From Sphaerodactylus townsendi (Eukaryota): a stretch of 64,000 nucleotides of DNA. The first letter of the stretch is position 1, and the number at the start of each line of letters is the position of its first letter. The position numbers were made by a program, and so were the translations under genes. Below, one piece after another: positions 13,374 to 24,378 of the stretch. The notes below the pieces were generated by a model. The model made no database searches, was not told where the DNA came from, and saw only the letters and a list, made by a program, of their open reading frames with translations. The stretch lies in the NCBI RefSeq assembly GCF_021028975.2, contig NC_059435.1:19406001-19470000 (forward strand), written 5' to 3'.

Positions 13374-14280
13374 ATCTACCCATTGAATAGTACAAGGATG
13401 AGCGTCCATGGTAAAGCCGTTTGAAAAAATACTTGAGCTTAGTGATAGGGGCCACAATGCATTTCAACCAGCACCACATCATCATTCAATATCTGATGGA
13501 TCAAAGCTGCAGCAAAGGTAAGATGGGCTCTGCAGACGTTCTTTGGTGCTGAGATATGCTGACCTCCACATCGACACCAACTGAGGACCCCAAAGATGAG
13601 TGCAGGACCAGATCAGAATGATGCAGCTCTGGACCTGGTGGGACTCAATGAGAATCTGCTCCAACAAAGGCTTTTCACAGATGGCAGCCAACATTTGAGT
13701 GTCAGCCGCACATGCGCCAGAAGAAAGTTGTACCACCTCAACTTGGGATCCTACCAGTGAATGACTGTGGTTCCCGGCACTAAGAGCAACCATGCTGAGT
13801 CAACCACAATGATGTCAGTGAGGAAGTAGAAGGGGACCAGGGTCAGCACCGCATCGGTTGGTCCAATGGATATCATGTGACTGGCCTTGATCTCTTGGCT
13901 TTGGCTTTGCCATTTGCCAATGCTCCCTTGTCCACCACCGAAGAAGTAGAAGGGCATTGAACAGAATGGCTAATTTTCACCTCCAGATCAGGAGCTAGAG
14001 ATTTCTCACAGAGGACAGCTTTTAAACGTCACACCCTCATAGTTCTCTGGGATGTGTGCCTGCACTCAGTTTGCGGCAGCGAAAAGAGAACTGAGGGGAA
14101 TGGTCTGCCCTCCCCTCTGTATCTCATGACTCCTGGGCAAGAAGTTTTCCCGCCTTGGAGATGAGCAATGGGTGGGGGAGAATTCGGGAGAACTCTAAAG
14201 AGTTTGAGAAGCTTGACAGTCTTCGACCGCGGGAGGCTCTCCACAGAAGGCCATGAGAAAGATGGTGTGGTTACTGCAGC
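12990..14280 (-). mobile_element. Decayed DIRS retrotransposon 5' part (terminal repeat, gag, RT N-terminus)
   Basis: The minus-strand peptide WVLSIIKLGYLLEL (~13105-13145) resembles the DIRS pol N-terminal motif W-V-L-x-I-I-x-x-G-Y-x-I/L-E-F. DIRS-like terminal sequence lies near 14050-14250. Confidence 0.55.
13313..13373. repeat. (CTG/CAG)~20 microsatellite
   Basis: Pure trinucleotide run read directly from the sequence. Confidence 0.97.
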
Positions 14281-15984
14281 TCCAGACAGACAAAGAACTA
14301 GACTTACTAAACAGTGCTCCTGTTTGAAACTATGCTGCCTCCTCATTTTGATGCCTAGCATTAAGGACACAACACGGGGTTACCATTTTCAGTGGCAGTC
14401 TGTGCCAAGTGATTTACTGAGTCTTGCCACAGTGAGAAAGCAGAATGTTTCATAACATACTGTAAAAAACATATGAGGAGGATTCACTAAAAGCATTTAA
14501 AGTGAAAAAGCCAAATCATAATAAAACCTTCAAGTATTAAGATCAACATCACTGACAGAGCGAACTTTTATTCAAACCACATTTTTCATTCCCCTTAGAT
14601 ACCCTTTCTCTAACACTTCTAGCCCACATTACTTTAAACATGCACCCCAAAACAAATGACCAGTTTTCTTGTTTACTTAAAACAATGACAGTTTATCTGC
14701 AAAATACAACTTTTAAAGAAAGAACAAAGTGATCTGTAGATTCTTCTTTTCTTTAGAACATAAAAGGCAGTGGGATTTGATTACACAATTATTTTATATG
14801 CAAATAAATTGGGAAAGTCTTATCTCTGATGGCGTTCTAACAATTCGAAAACTGGGAGCGATTGTGGAAGGTAAAGCAGTACTTTATCTTTGGGAAATGT
14901 TAAATGCGATGGTTCTCACAAGCATGGCTTCATAATAATTTGCAGAAATATGTAATAGCCTGGCAACATCCCAAACATGCACATTTAAGCAGTGGTAGAA
15001 GAAATAATATCTAGCAAACGAATATGATGCCTTTGCCATTATGATTAATGTTATATAAAACTTTATCTACGAGGAAAACTTCAACGGGTTAATCTTTATC
15101 CTGTTTCTGCTTCCCAGAAACTTTGTGACTTTGCTGCACTTCTAGAGCATCCTCTCCTAGTTGCCTTCACCTGAACTAACCAATTATTTTACATGTGTTG
15201 ACCAGCTGTGAAATAGAGGAGGGGGGAGCACGCAGGGGAAGAAGGGAAAAGCAGCAAAGCTTTCAAGTTTGAAAGCAGAAAGCTGAATTTTCTCATTCAC
15301 CCCCTTGGCCTATTTAATGTCTACAATTAGGTGCTCAGGAGAGACAAGTAAATTACACAGGAGCATACGTTAAACTTCAAGCCACAGATTACGTCCATAC
15401 TCGGATACTGGTCCTCTGGCGGGGCAAGACAGTCTTGATTTAGAACCACATTCTAGGTAGACAAGCTTTCTCATTTTTAGTTCTCCCTGTGGTTCATGAC
15501 TGTAGAGACTTGGGTATCTCGCCAGTAGCTTTCAGGAAAACATTCCACAGCAGTAAGCTGATACTCTCAGTCTCATGGATTATGAAGCTGACACTTGAAA
15601 TTGCTGGGAGATAATGCTGACCTCAAAGCACAGGGTTTTTTTTCTTATTCACCTTCAATTATTCATTTTTTAACCTTACTATTCAACCTACAAGTGGCTA
15701 CTGAGACAGTTAACAATAAAAGTGATTAAAAATTGCAGATATATTGGACAGATTCAGGCTTGAAACCCAAACTGTTAAACTTTTGGAACTGGAACTATCA
15801 TGGTCTTCTTGTTGAATGACCTAATCTTATTGGATGAGATAAATAGTTAAATCCAGTGGAACGATCTGCACAAGTAAGGGGTAAGAGAGTGGAATTTCAC
15901 CCATCCCCCCCCCCCCACACACACACACACCAGTTGTAGTCCTTCAAACTGTCCTGTCCCTTGGCATTTGTCCTTTGGGGAAGT

Positions 15985-16240
15985 ACCAGATTAACTCTTG
16001 CATCCATAAATTCTAATCTAACATCTCCTTGAACCTATTGGGAGAGGGTATCCAGAAATATGGGATGAAGTTTCATTAGTATGCCGACAACAGCTTTATT
16101 TCTCATTTTCAGGAAACTCAGATGAGGCAAGAGCAATGTACTGACGAGGGTGAATTAAAAAAAACCACAATACAGACAAGATGGAGATATTCATGGTGGG
16201 GGCAGAGACTAAGGATCTTTTCACTAGTTTCAGTACTGCC
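15985..16240 (+). mobile_element. Decayed L2 RT fragment; its likely 3' part is at ~18150-18520
   Basis: tatgccgacaac gives a YAD(D)-like RT motif in typical L2 context. Confidence 0.5.
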
Positions 16241-16297
16241 TTATCCACCTACACATACAATTCTATAACCTTACACATACCATATATAGTGTATAAC

Positions 16298-16694
16298 CAG
16301 AGGTGGGATCCAGCAGGTTCTCACAGATTCCCGAGAGTAGGTTACTAATTATTTGTGTGTACCGAGAGGGGGTTACTAATTGGTGATTTTGCCACGTGAT
16401 TTTTGCCTTAGTTACGCCCCTCCTCCGCTCCTCAGCAGTAGCGCGCAGAACTTGAAGCAGTCTAGCAGGAGGCGCACCAGCGTGGGTGGCAGCCTGCACC
16501 TGCGTGCATTCGTTTCCCACCCAAGCAACGGCACGGCGGCTGCGTCCTTGCCACAGCCCCGCCCAGCAATGCCCTGCCCCCGGAATGCCTGGCCACGTCG
16601 TGTCATGCCCCGCCCAGCCCCATTGGCGCTACGCCACTGTTTGAATCCCACCACCATGGGAACCTGTTACTAAAATTTTTGGATCCCACCACTG
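16298..16694 (+). mobile_element. Non-autonomous hAT element (TIR cag(a/t)ggtgggatcca), ~390-bp variant
   Basis: Has both TIRs and is near-identical to 53187-53577 and, inverted, to 31042-31434. Confidence 0.88.
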
Positions 16695-16979
16695 GTTACA
16701 CCCCACCCCACCCAAAAAATCTTTTTCAGATTTTAGGCATCTCAACAAATATTAGTTTCAGTTGCAGTCATTAGTGCTTTTAAATACTGAACCTGGGCTA
16801 GTGTAGCAGCTATGACTATTTTAGAAAATCATAATTTGGATGCAGTTTTATATAACATCTGTTGTAGGCTACCATACAGGGTTGCCAGTCCCAAGCTGGC
16901 AACCAGTGGGAGACAAGTGGGGGCATCAGCAAAGATGTGATATCGCTTTTAGGAAAAACATATAAATGGCATCATATAT

Positions 16980-17181
16980 TGTTGGGGAAAAGATACTTAT
17001 AGAGCAGACATGTAATAGTCAAGCAGCAAGCTGGCTGATGGATCTAGCTAGTTAGAAAGATATTTCTTGTTTTCTTCCAAGTTACCCTTCCCTGTTAGTA
17101 AGTAAACTTTATTTCAGTAAAGCAACTGTCTCTGACTCCTTATTGCACTAACTCTGCTCTATAAGTATATTTTTCCCAACC
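16980..17181. mobile_element. 202-bp element with 29-bp inverted termini and 5-bp TSD (solo LTR or Ginger-like), nested in a Blackjack-like hAT
   Basis: Termini tgttggggaaaagatacttatagagcaga / tctgctctataagtatatttttcccaacc match at 26/29; TSD tatat. Confidence 0.6.
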
Positions 17182-17402
17182 TATATCTCTAGGAATCATG
17201 TAAATATTATGGTAAAACCACAGAGTTTTCAGTGGTTCCTAGGGAAAACCCAGAAGTGATGTCACTCCGTTGGCCTGGCAGTCTTTTTTCCCCTTCCCAC
17301 CACCATCCAAAGCATGCATCATGACAGCAGATTGGCATGCCCTATGGGAAGTTGATTTTAAAGACAGTCTCAAAGCTTAATTGATTCAAAATATGGCAAC
17401 GT

Positions 17403-17973
17403 CAGAGGTGGGATCCAGCAGGTTCTCACCAGATCCCGAGAGTGGGTTACTAATTATTTGTGTGTGCCGAGAGGGGGTTACTAATTGGGTCTGCTTTTCC
17501 GTTAGAAATTCCATTAGGTCCAAAAATCATAAAGGCCTGTTGTTTCCTATGTGGCTGGTTAGCGAAGGTAGAAAACGGGATCATTCTCCCTGTTGGGCTG
17601 TTTTAAAAACATGTTTTAGAAATATGGTAAAGTTCCTTGTTTAAGGAAAGTATCCTTCTTTTGATTTCTAGAAACAAAATTAAGTATTTGACAGGCAGTC
17701 AATTAGAGGAGAAGTAGTTGTTTCTGTTGGCAGTAGACGATAGGACTTGCTATAATGAGTTTAAATTATGGACAGAAAGATACCAGCTGGAAATTAGGAA
17801 CTTTTTTTTTACAGTAAGAGTTTTTTACAGTAACAGAGAAATTATTAATGCCCCGCCCCTGGAATGCCCGGCCACGCCCCCATCATGCCCCGCCCAGCCC
17901 ATTGGCGCTACACCACTGTTTGAATCCCACCACCATGGGAACCTGTTACTAAAATTTTTGGATCCCACCACTG
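17403..17973 (+). mobile_element. Non-autonomous hAT element, long variant with an internal CR1-like segment
   Basis: Same TIRs as 16298, with TSD ggcaacgt/ggcaatgt. Confidence 0.88.
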
Positions 17974-18979
17974 GGCAATGTATTTTAATTGTAGGAGGAA
18001 GCCATGGATCTGAAACAGCTACATTGGCTCAATGCATTTCCAGCAGCAATGCAAAACACTAGCTTTTATTTGAAAGCCCTAAGCAGCCTGGGTACAGGTT
18101 AGTTAGGGAAGGTCTACTTACTAACCAGCCTGAACACCAAAATCCTCAAATGATGCCCTATTCAAAGCTCCTTCTTTATATGAAGAGTGGAAAGAAGGAG
18201 AAAGGTTTTTCAGTAGTGGTGTCTCTTCACTGAAATTCTCTCCCCAAAGAATTTACCAGGGCACTTCTATCTTCACATTCTGGAAACCAATTAAAATGTT
18301 TTTTTTTTAATTTTATCATATATTCACAGAGTGAGGCAGACTACTGTACTACAAGTCTGATTTTTTTTAAAAAATACTGATTTAACCATGGAGTCTGCTT
18401 TATTGGGGAAAAATGTGCTACCACTTTAAAAATTGATTTTATTGATATTTTCTGCTCGACTATGGTTTTTGTAAGTCTATTGGGATCTGCAGGCAAAGTA
18501 GACGTACAATAAATAAGTATGTAAAACCACTTTGTTAAGTCACGTAATCATGATTCGAACACAAATAAAACCTGCTTAGTCAATTAAAACAACCCATTTT
18601 ACACAGCAGCTGCCTGCTAAAATCAAAACTGGAGTCCTAAAAGCCTTTATCCACTTTCCAGGTCTTTGAAGGAACAGAATACAGGGGTGCTCGCTTATAC
18701 TCAGGGCAAACATTATCAGTGGACAACTTGGCGTGGTCCAGGGTAAATAAACTCTCACTGCCCTTAGCAACTGCTCGCTTATACTTGAAAGAGTCTGTCA
18801 CTCATTTTAAGAAGGAGCATAGAAAGTCGTTGAAATTCACAGTAACCTCACTATGCTGTGATCAGTGGTAGTACAGTAGTGCTACAACATGTTTAAAATT
18901 TGTCATTACCAAATTGAAGAATAATTGTTTGGTCAATGTTGGCCCATTTAGGAAAAAAATGTTTGGCCTTTGTATGGAT

Positions 18980-19170
18980 ACAGAAGAAGTGGTGTTTGGA
19001 TTGACGCCTTGCTTTTCTCAACTGTAAGGAAACTCAAAAGCGGCTAACAAACTCCTTCTCTTGTTCTCTCCACAACAGGCACCTTGTGAGATAGATGGGG
19101 CTGAGAGAGTTCTGAAATAACTGTGACTGGCCCAAGGTTACCTAGAAGCTTCCTGTGGAGGAGCAGGCTA
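18980..19170 (-). mobile_element. tRNA/CORE-type squamate SINE (Squam3-like), partial
   Basis: caccttgtgag...ggggctgagagagttct...ctgtgactggcccaagg, shared with the copies at 57534-60562. Confidence 0.65.
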
Positions 19171-19227
19171 TCATCAAATTAACCTACCTGTGGTTAATGT
19201 ACCTACAGGATCTATCAAGGATGCTAC

Positions 19228-19935
19228 TAAGAACATAAGAACATAAGAACTAGCCTGCTGGATCAGACCAAAGTCCATCTAGTCCAGCATTCTGCTACTC
19301 GCAGTGGCCCACAAGGTGCCTTTGGGAGCTCACATGCAGGATGTGAAAGCAATGGCCTTCTGCTGCTGCTGCTCCCGAGCACCTGGTCTGCTAAGGCATT
19401 TGCAATCTGAGATCAAGGAGGATCAAGATTGGTAGCCATAGATTGACTTCTCCTCCATAAATCTGTCCAAGCCCTTTTTAAAGCTATCCAGGTTAGTGGC
19501 CATCACCACCTCCTGTGGCAGCATATTCCAAACACCAATCACACGTTGCGTGAAGAAGTGTTTCCTTTTATTAGTCCTAATTCTTCCCCCCCAGCATTTT
19601 CAATGAATGCCCCCTGGTTCTAGTATTGTGAGAAAGAGAGAAAAATTTCTCTCTGTCAACATTTTCTACCCCATGCATAATTTTATAGACTTCAATCATA
19701 TCCCCCCTCAGACGTCTCCTCTCCAAACTAAAGAGTCCCAAACGCTGCAGCCTCTCCTCATAAGGAAGGTGCTCCAATCCTTCAATCATCCTCGTTGCCC
19801 TTCTCTGCACTTTTTCTATCTCTTCGATATCCTTTTTGAGATGTGGCGACCAGAACTGAACACAGTACTCCAAGTGCGATCGCACCACTGCTTTATATAA
19901 GGGCATGACAATCCTTGCAGTTTTATTATCAACTA
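19228..19935 (-). mobile_element. 5'-truncated CR1 LINE (ORF2 C-terminus, 3' UTR, (TGTTCTTA)n tail)
   Basis: ORF 19577-19981 encodes LYKAVVRSHLEYCVQFWSPHLKKDIEEIEKVQRRATRMI...RRLRGDMIEVYKI, the classic CR1 ORF2 end. Confidence 0.95.
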
Positions 19936-21786
19936 GTTCATTAAAGATGCTATTGCAAGAATGATCTGAATCATTACACAATATTTTTAAAAGTCATAGC
20001 ATGCTCAGAATAAGTCAGTGCTTAGAGAACATGGGAAAGTAGGCAATTCCACCTAAGCTGGGTAGACTTCAGGAAATTTAACTGATCCAATACAGGCTTT
20101 CTTGGACTGGAAATAAATTATGCTCAATCCAAATATTACTAGATACATCCCCGGCAAAAAAATCCACAGACAGAAAGATTTATGCCTGCAGGGAGTGACT
20201 TTCTCATCTCCATGTTCCAGTTACAGGACAAATTGCCCTTCACAAATTCTACTCATAGGAGACAAGACACCCCAAGCCCCCAATATGGGTCCAATATGTG
20301 TTTCCATTTTCTTATAAGAAGGGCAAAGAACTTCTTAATGTAGTGATTTGACTATAGATAAGAGAGTGCTATCTGGGAATATTTAGTCAACCCCCCACCC
20401 CAATACACAACAAAGGATGGATTCGAAATGAGTGAGATGAGATTAGCAGATGTTGCAGAGATGTTTCAGAGAAAGGAGAATATAGATATAAAATGGTGAT
20501 TAGTAATTTCAGGGTGGAAAGTAGAAAGACATTTCTGAGCACTGTTAACAGGAAGTTCATTCTCTACTGTTTGTAGAGGCAGAACCACAAATCCAAGTCA
20601 TTTAAGAGGAAGTATGCTTGAAAACAGTCTTCTATAGGTCAGAATCCCGATATTTTTAAAAGCATAAACGCACCACTGAATAAGAAGAGGAGCAGACAGT
20701 AGGCAAGTGAATGTGCAAAGATGCATTTATAAACTGGAAAAAAATTAAAAGATCACCGAGCAGAGTAAACTATGTTTTTTAAAAAATTACTTTTTAAAAA
20801 ACAGATAGTTCCTTAAAAATAAAAAGTCCTTACATTACGAAAGGCAAAACACTAATTCTACTCACAGGCACTTAAGAACTGCCTCAAAATTCTCTTCGCC
20901 GGTAATTTAAAAACCCCTAAATGTAAGAACAAAAAGGATAACCAAGGTCTTAACATGTGTCAGCACAATAGTTTAAAAAGGTAACTCTGATCTAAGCTCA
21001 GCATAATAAATGTTTCAAAGGAACCCAAATTAAAAGGAGCCCGATTAAAACTTTCCGTCACAGTCACAGCAGTTCATTCATCATTCATGTGAGACAGTTA
21101 ATAAATATGCTATCTTGTATATAGTGTGATATAGTGGTTAGAGTATTACAATAATGACATGAAGATCTGGTTGAAATATTCTGAGATGCGGCTCACTGGG
21201 TTCACTCTCTCACTGGGTTCAATCTTTCTCTCTCAGCCTAGCCTACCTCACAGGATTGTTCTAAGGATCAACAGGGAGAACCGTGCATGCTGCTCTGAGC
21301 AAAAAGACAGGGAAAAAAATGTACTAGACAGACGTCAGAGCTAAATTTCAATGGCTTTTATCTTCAATTTAATGGAATTTAAATTAAACACATAGCCCAC
21401 AACATTCTGCTTATACTGTCTGTTTTAGCCATTATAAATCAGACTACCTAATGGGCATACGTATACCCTTTTCAGGACAAAGATGACTCCAGATCTGAGA
21501 ATCCATCCACCATTTCCTGGACCATCTTTGTTCTAGAATGCTCTGCTTGGGTCCTGGTGCCTACCTAGTTCTGTCCCCAAGAGGACCCAAGCGGAGCATT
21601 CTAGAATACAGACAGTCCAGGGAATGGTGGATGAATTCTCAAATCTGGTGTCATACTTATCCTGAAAAGGGTATAGCTGCCTCCATTCGTCTATCTACAT
21701 CAGTACTGTCCACTCTGACTGGCAGTTTAAGCCACATTTCACATCATTTATTATCTCATACTTTTAACTGGAGATACTAGAGACTC

Positions 21787-22270
21787 GCCCTGACCTGGAC
21801 ACCCTAGGCCAGTGGTGGCGAACCTATGACACTCCAGATGTTACGGACTACAATTCCCATCAGCCCCTGCCAGCATGGCCAATTGGGGCTGATAGGAATT
21901 GTAGTCTATGAACATCTGGAGTGCCATAGGTTTGCCATCATGGCCGTAGGCCCGTGGTGGCGAACCTTTGCCACTCCAGATGTTCATGGACTACAATTCC
22001 CATCAGCCCCTGATGGGAATTGTAGTCCATGAACATCTGGAGTGCCATAGGTTCGCCACCATGGCCCTAGGCTAACCTGATCTAGTCAGATCTCAGAAGC
22101 TAAGCAATGCTGGGCCTGGTTAGTATTTGGATGAGAGACCACAAAGGAAGTCCAAGATCAGTATGCGGAGGAAGGCAATGGCAAACCACCTCTAGACATC
22201 TCTCACCTTGAAAACCCTACTGGGGTGCCATAAGTCAGCCAAGACCTGACAGCACTTTCCACCCCCACCC
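21787..22270 (+). mobile_element. 5S rRNA-derived SINE with RTE-type 3' tail, split by two MITEs
   Basis: gatctcagaagctaagc...gggcctggttagtatttggatgagagacc (5S box A/C region), followed by ggcaatggcaaaccacc...ccttgaaaaccc...gccataagtcag. Confidence 0.8.
21810..22064. mobile_element. Two tandem palindromic hAT MITEs (21810-21943 and 21952-22064)
   Basis: The 8-bp target appears three times: ccctaggc 21802-21809, ccgtaggc 21944-21951, ccctaggc 22065-22072. Confidence 0.92.
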
Positions 22271-22683
22271 CCAGAGATTGAACCCTGAATCTTCTGCATC
22301 AACATCAGACCCTCTACCCCTGAGCCACGGTCCCTCCTAATTTTCTTTTCACACCAGTTCTGCATCTGATGTCCAAGCTGAGCCTTTCAATAACCACTCT
22401 AAACATCAAAAAATGAAGTCTTGTCTTGTATTTCAAGCTGAAGTTCCTAGTACAATTGAGGACGCTTCTGTTCAATTACCTAACATCATACTATTCAATA
22501 TTCTCAGGCTGAGACGAAATAATTAGTGGAATGATATTCATTCGCTCATAATATATCATTTCAAATTTCAAGTTGCGTTATAAAAAGCATAACAAACAAA
22601 CAAAAAACCTCTGGTAAGTCTGTCATTGCCTTGATTTAAAAAAAAATCACAACCCTGAAACATGCTACAATACCAGATTACAT

Positions 22684-22702
22684 GAATGACATCTAGTGGG
22701 CA
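22684..22702 (-). promoter_or_regulatory. Candidate CTCF-binding motif
   Basis: Minus strand TGCCCACTAGATGTCATTC resembles the CTCF core CCAC(C/T)AG(A/G)(G/T)GGC, in non-repetitive sequence. Confidence 0.4.
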
Positions 22703-22844
22703 CATTGCTTCATGACAATTAAGCACACGTTAAAAAGGAGGCAAATTGTTTCCAGATCAAAGTTAAAAACATTTTAAAAATTGGGGAGCAGATCTCTTAA
22801 TAGTCCACCTGTCCAACCACTTGAAAAAGAAAGGCGGGTTTCTT

Positions 22845-22884
22845 CATGTTTAACGTTAACAAGACATGTTTAACGTTAACAAGA
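22845..22884. repeat. Perfect 20-bp tandem duplication
   Basis: catgtttaacgttaacaaga repeated twice. Confidence 0.95.
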
Positions 22885-23556
22885 AAATGAAGGCAGTCGG
22901 CTGCCCATATAACTGTTCCTCTTATTCAGGCACTGGTATCACAGCTATCTACATTTGGATCTCAGATAAATGTTTATGTTGTACAACTCAGTTTGTTTCA
23001 CTGTTAATTGGACTGATCCACAGCAATCCATCCTGTATCATCTCTGACAGCTAGGATGGGATTTCTTCATCAATAGTTATCCCAGTTTGAAAGATTGTTC
23101 CAGCACTTCAGTTACATAGAGACAAACTACAGCAGCAGAATAAATATAGATGCAGCAAGGCAATCCAACAAAAAGGGGGGAAATTTACAAAATATTTGCA
23201 CTTAATTTATAATAAATGCCTGTTTTGAAAGGTATTGCTCTTCTCAGAGCAGTAGGCAGTGGTCTCCTGCCTTGACAGTGTTCTAACATGACCACCTGGT
23301 TTGGATTAAGAGACTTAATAAATGTCCACCCTTTTGATACGGGTGGAAAACAGTAGTTTAAGCGTAATCTGCAACCTGGTAAAGCCACATAAGTTTGGCA
23401 AGAAATCACACCCATCCACCTGGTCTTTATTTTTGGCCTCGTAATCCTTCTCCCCTGACATGAACCAGATTCTAAAAGCCCTAGGCTTAAAAGACGGTGA
23501 GGAAGAAGAGGAGACCATGCCAAAAATAAACACCCTAGCCATGCATATGCACTTAG

Positions 23557-23895
23557 CAGGGCCATCTTAACAGCATTATAGGCCCCCAGGCAAAGCAGTG
23601 CAGGAAATACATACACATGTGATTGCAGAGGTGACCATGATACTAAATCAGAGGCAAATGCCAATGTCCACTTGTTATCATAAAAATTAACATTAATATT
23701 GTTCATTATCTTTTGTAAAATACATGCTAAATATGCATTTTCCCATAACAAATATTTAAAGTTTAGTATTGCATGGTATTTATTTATATATCAACAGCAA
23801 GTCACAACACACATAGATTAGCATGGGGTTCCTATGCTCATGATCCCCCCTCCCCGGATAATTGCCCAGCATGCCCATGTGGTGAGACAGCCCTG
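23557..23895. mobile_element. hAT (Tip100-like) non-autonomous element
   Basis: cagggccatctt...gagacagccctg, with TSD gcacttag/gcatttag. Confidence 0.7.
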
Positions 23896-24186
23896 GCATT
23901 TAGAATATACAAGACAGTAGCTTGAAGATTTGGTCTACTTACTCTAATGGCCTTACATAATACTGAGCTGACAGCCTAAGTTTGTTACAAAAACAAGGGG
24001 TGGGCAATTCCTCAGACAGTCATCTCTTTGCTGATCCCTGACACCCAACAAAACAGTGAAGGGTGAATCTGGAACTGACAGGAACCTCCAAAAGCAGTTT
24101 GCTGCTCAAAGTCTGCTGTTCAAAGAAAAGAAGAAAGCAAAGCCACTGATCAGGACGAAGCGTCAAGTCTAAGATTGGGGGCCCAG

Positions 24187-24378
24187 CAGAGGTGGGATCC
24201 AACCAGTTCTCACCACTTCTCTAGAAGTGGTTACTAATTTTTTCAGAGTCCCGAGAAGGGGTTACTAAAGCAACCTCCCTGCCCAATAGGGACTGGAGGT
24301 GCGTGTGTGCGGCGGCGCCACTGTTTGAATCCCACCACCATCGGAACCTGTTATTAAAAATTTTGGATCCCACCACTG
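24187..24378 (+). mobile_element. hAT MITE, short variant of the cagaggtgggatcca family
   Basis: Both TIRs present; TSD gggcccag/ggtcccag. Confidence 0.85.

Larger units (their letters stand above)
21690..22337 (-). mobile_element. tRNA-derived SINE split by a 5S-SINE insertion
   Basis: ttaactggagatactagaga...[insert]...ccagagattgaaccctgaatcttctgcat...ctacccctgagccac reads as a reverse tRNA-like head (B box ggttcaatc). Confidence 0.6.

Noticed and set aside
21810-22064. CRISPR-like or pre-miRNA-like palindromic repeats
   Set aside because: Eukaryotic DNA with no cas genes or unique spacers; TIRs and 8-bp TSDs explain them as hAT MITEs.
22075-22140. Apparent 5S rRNA gene (also at 4105 and 40735)
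   Set aside because: Diverged, lacks the true 5S ends and is fused to an RTE-like tail, so it is a SINE head.
23185-23751. 188-aa ORF, the longest in the track
   Set aside because: It spans the junction between a hAT MITE and a probable decayed LINE fragment, so it is a chimeric chance ORF.
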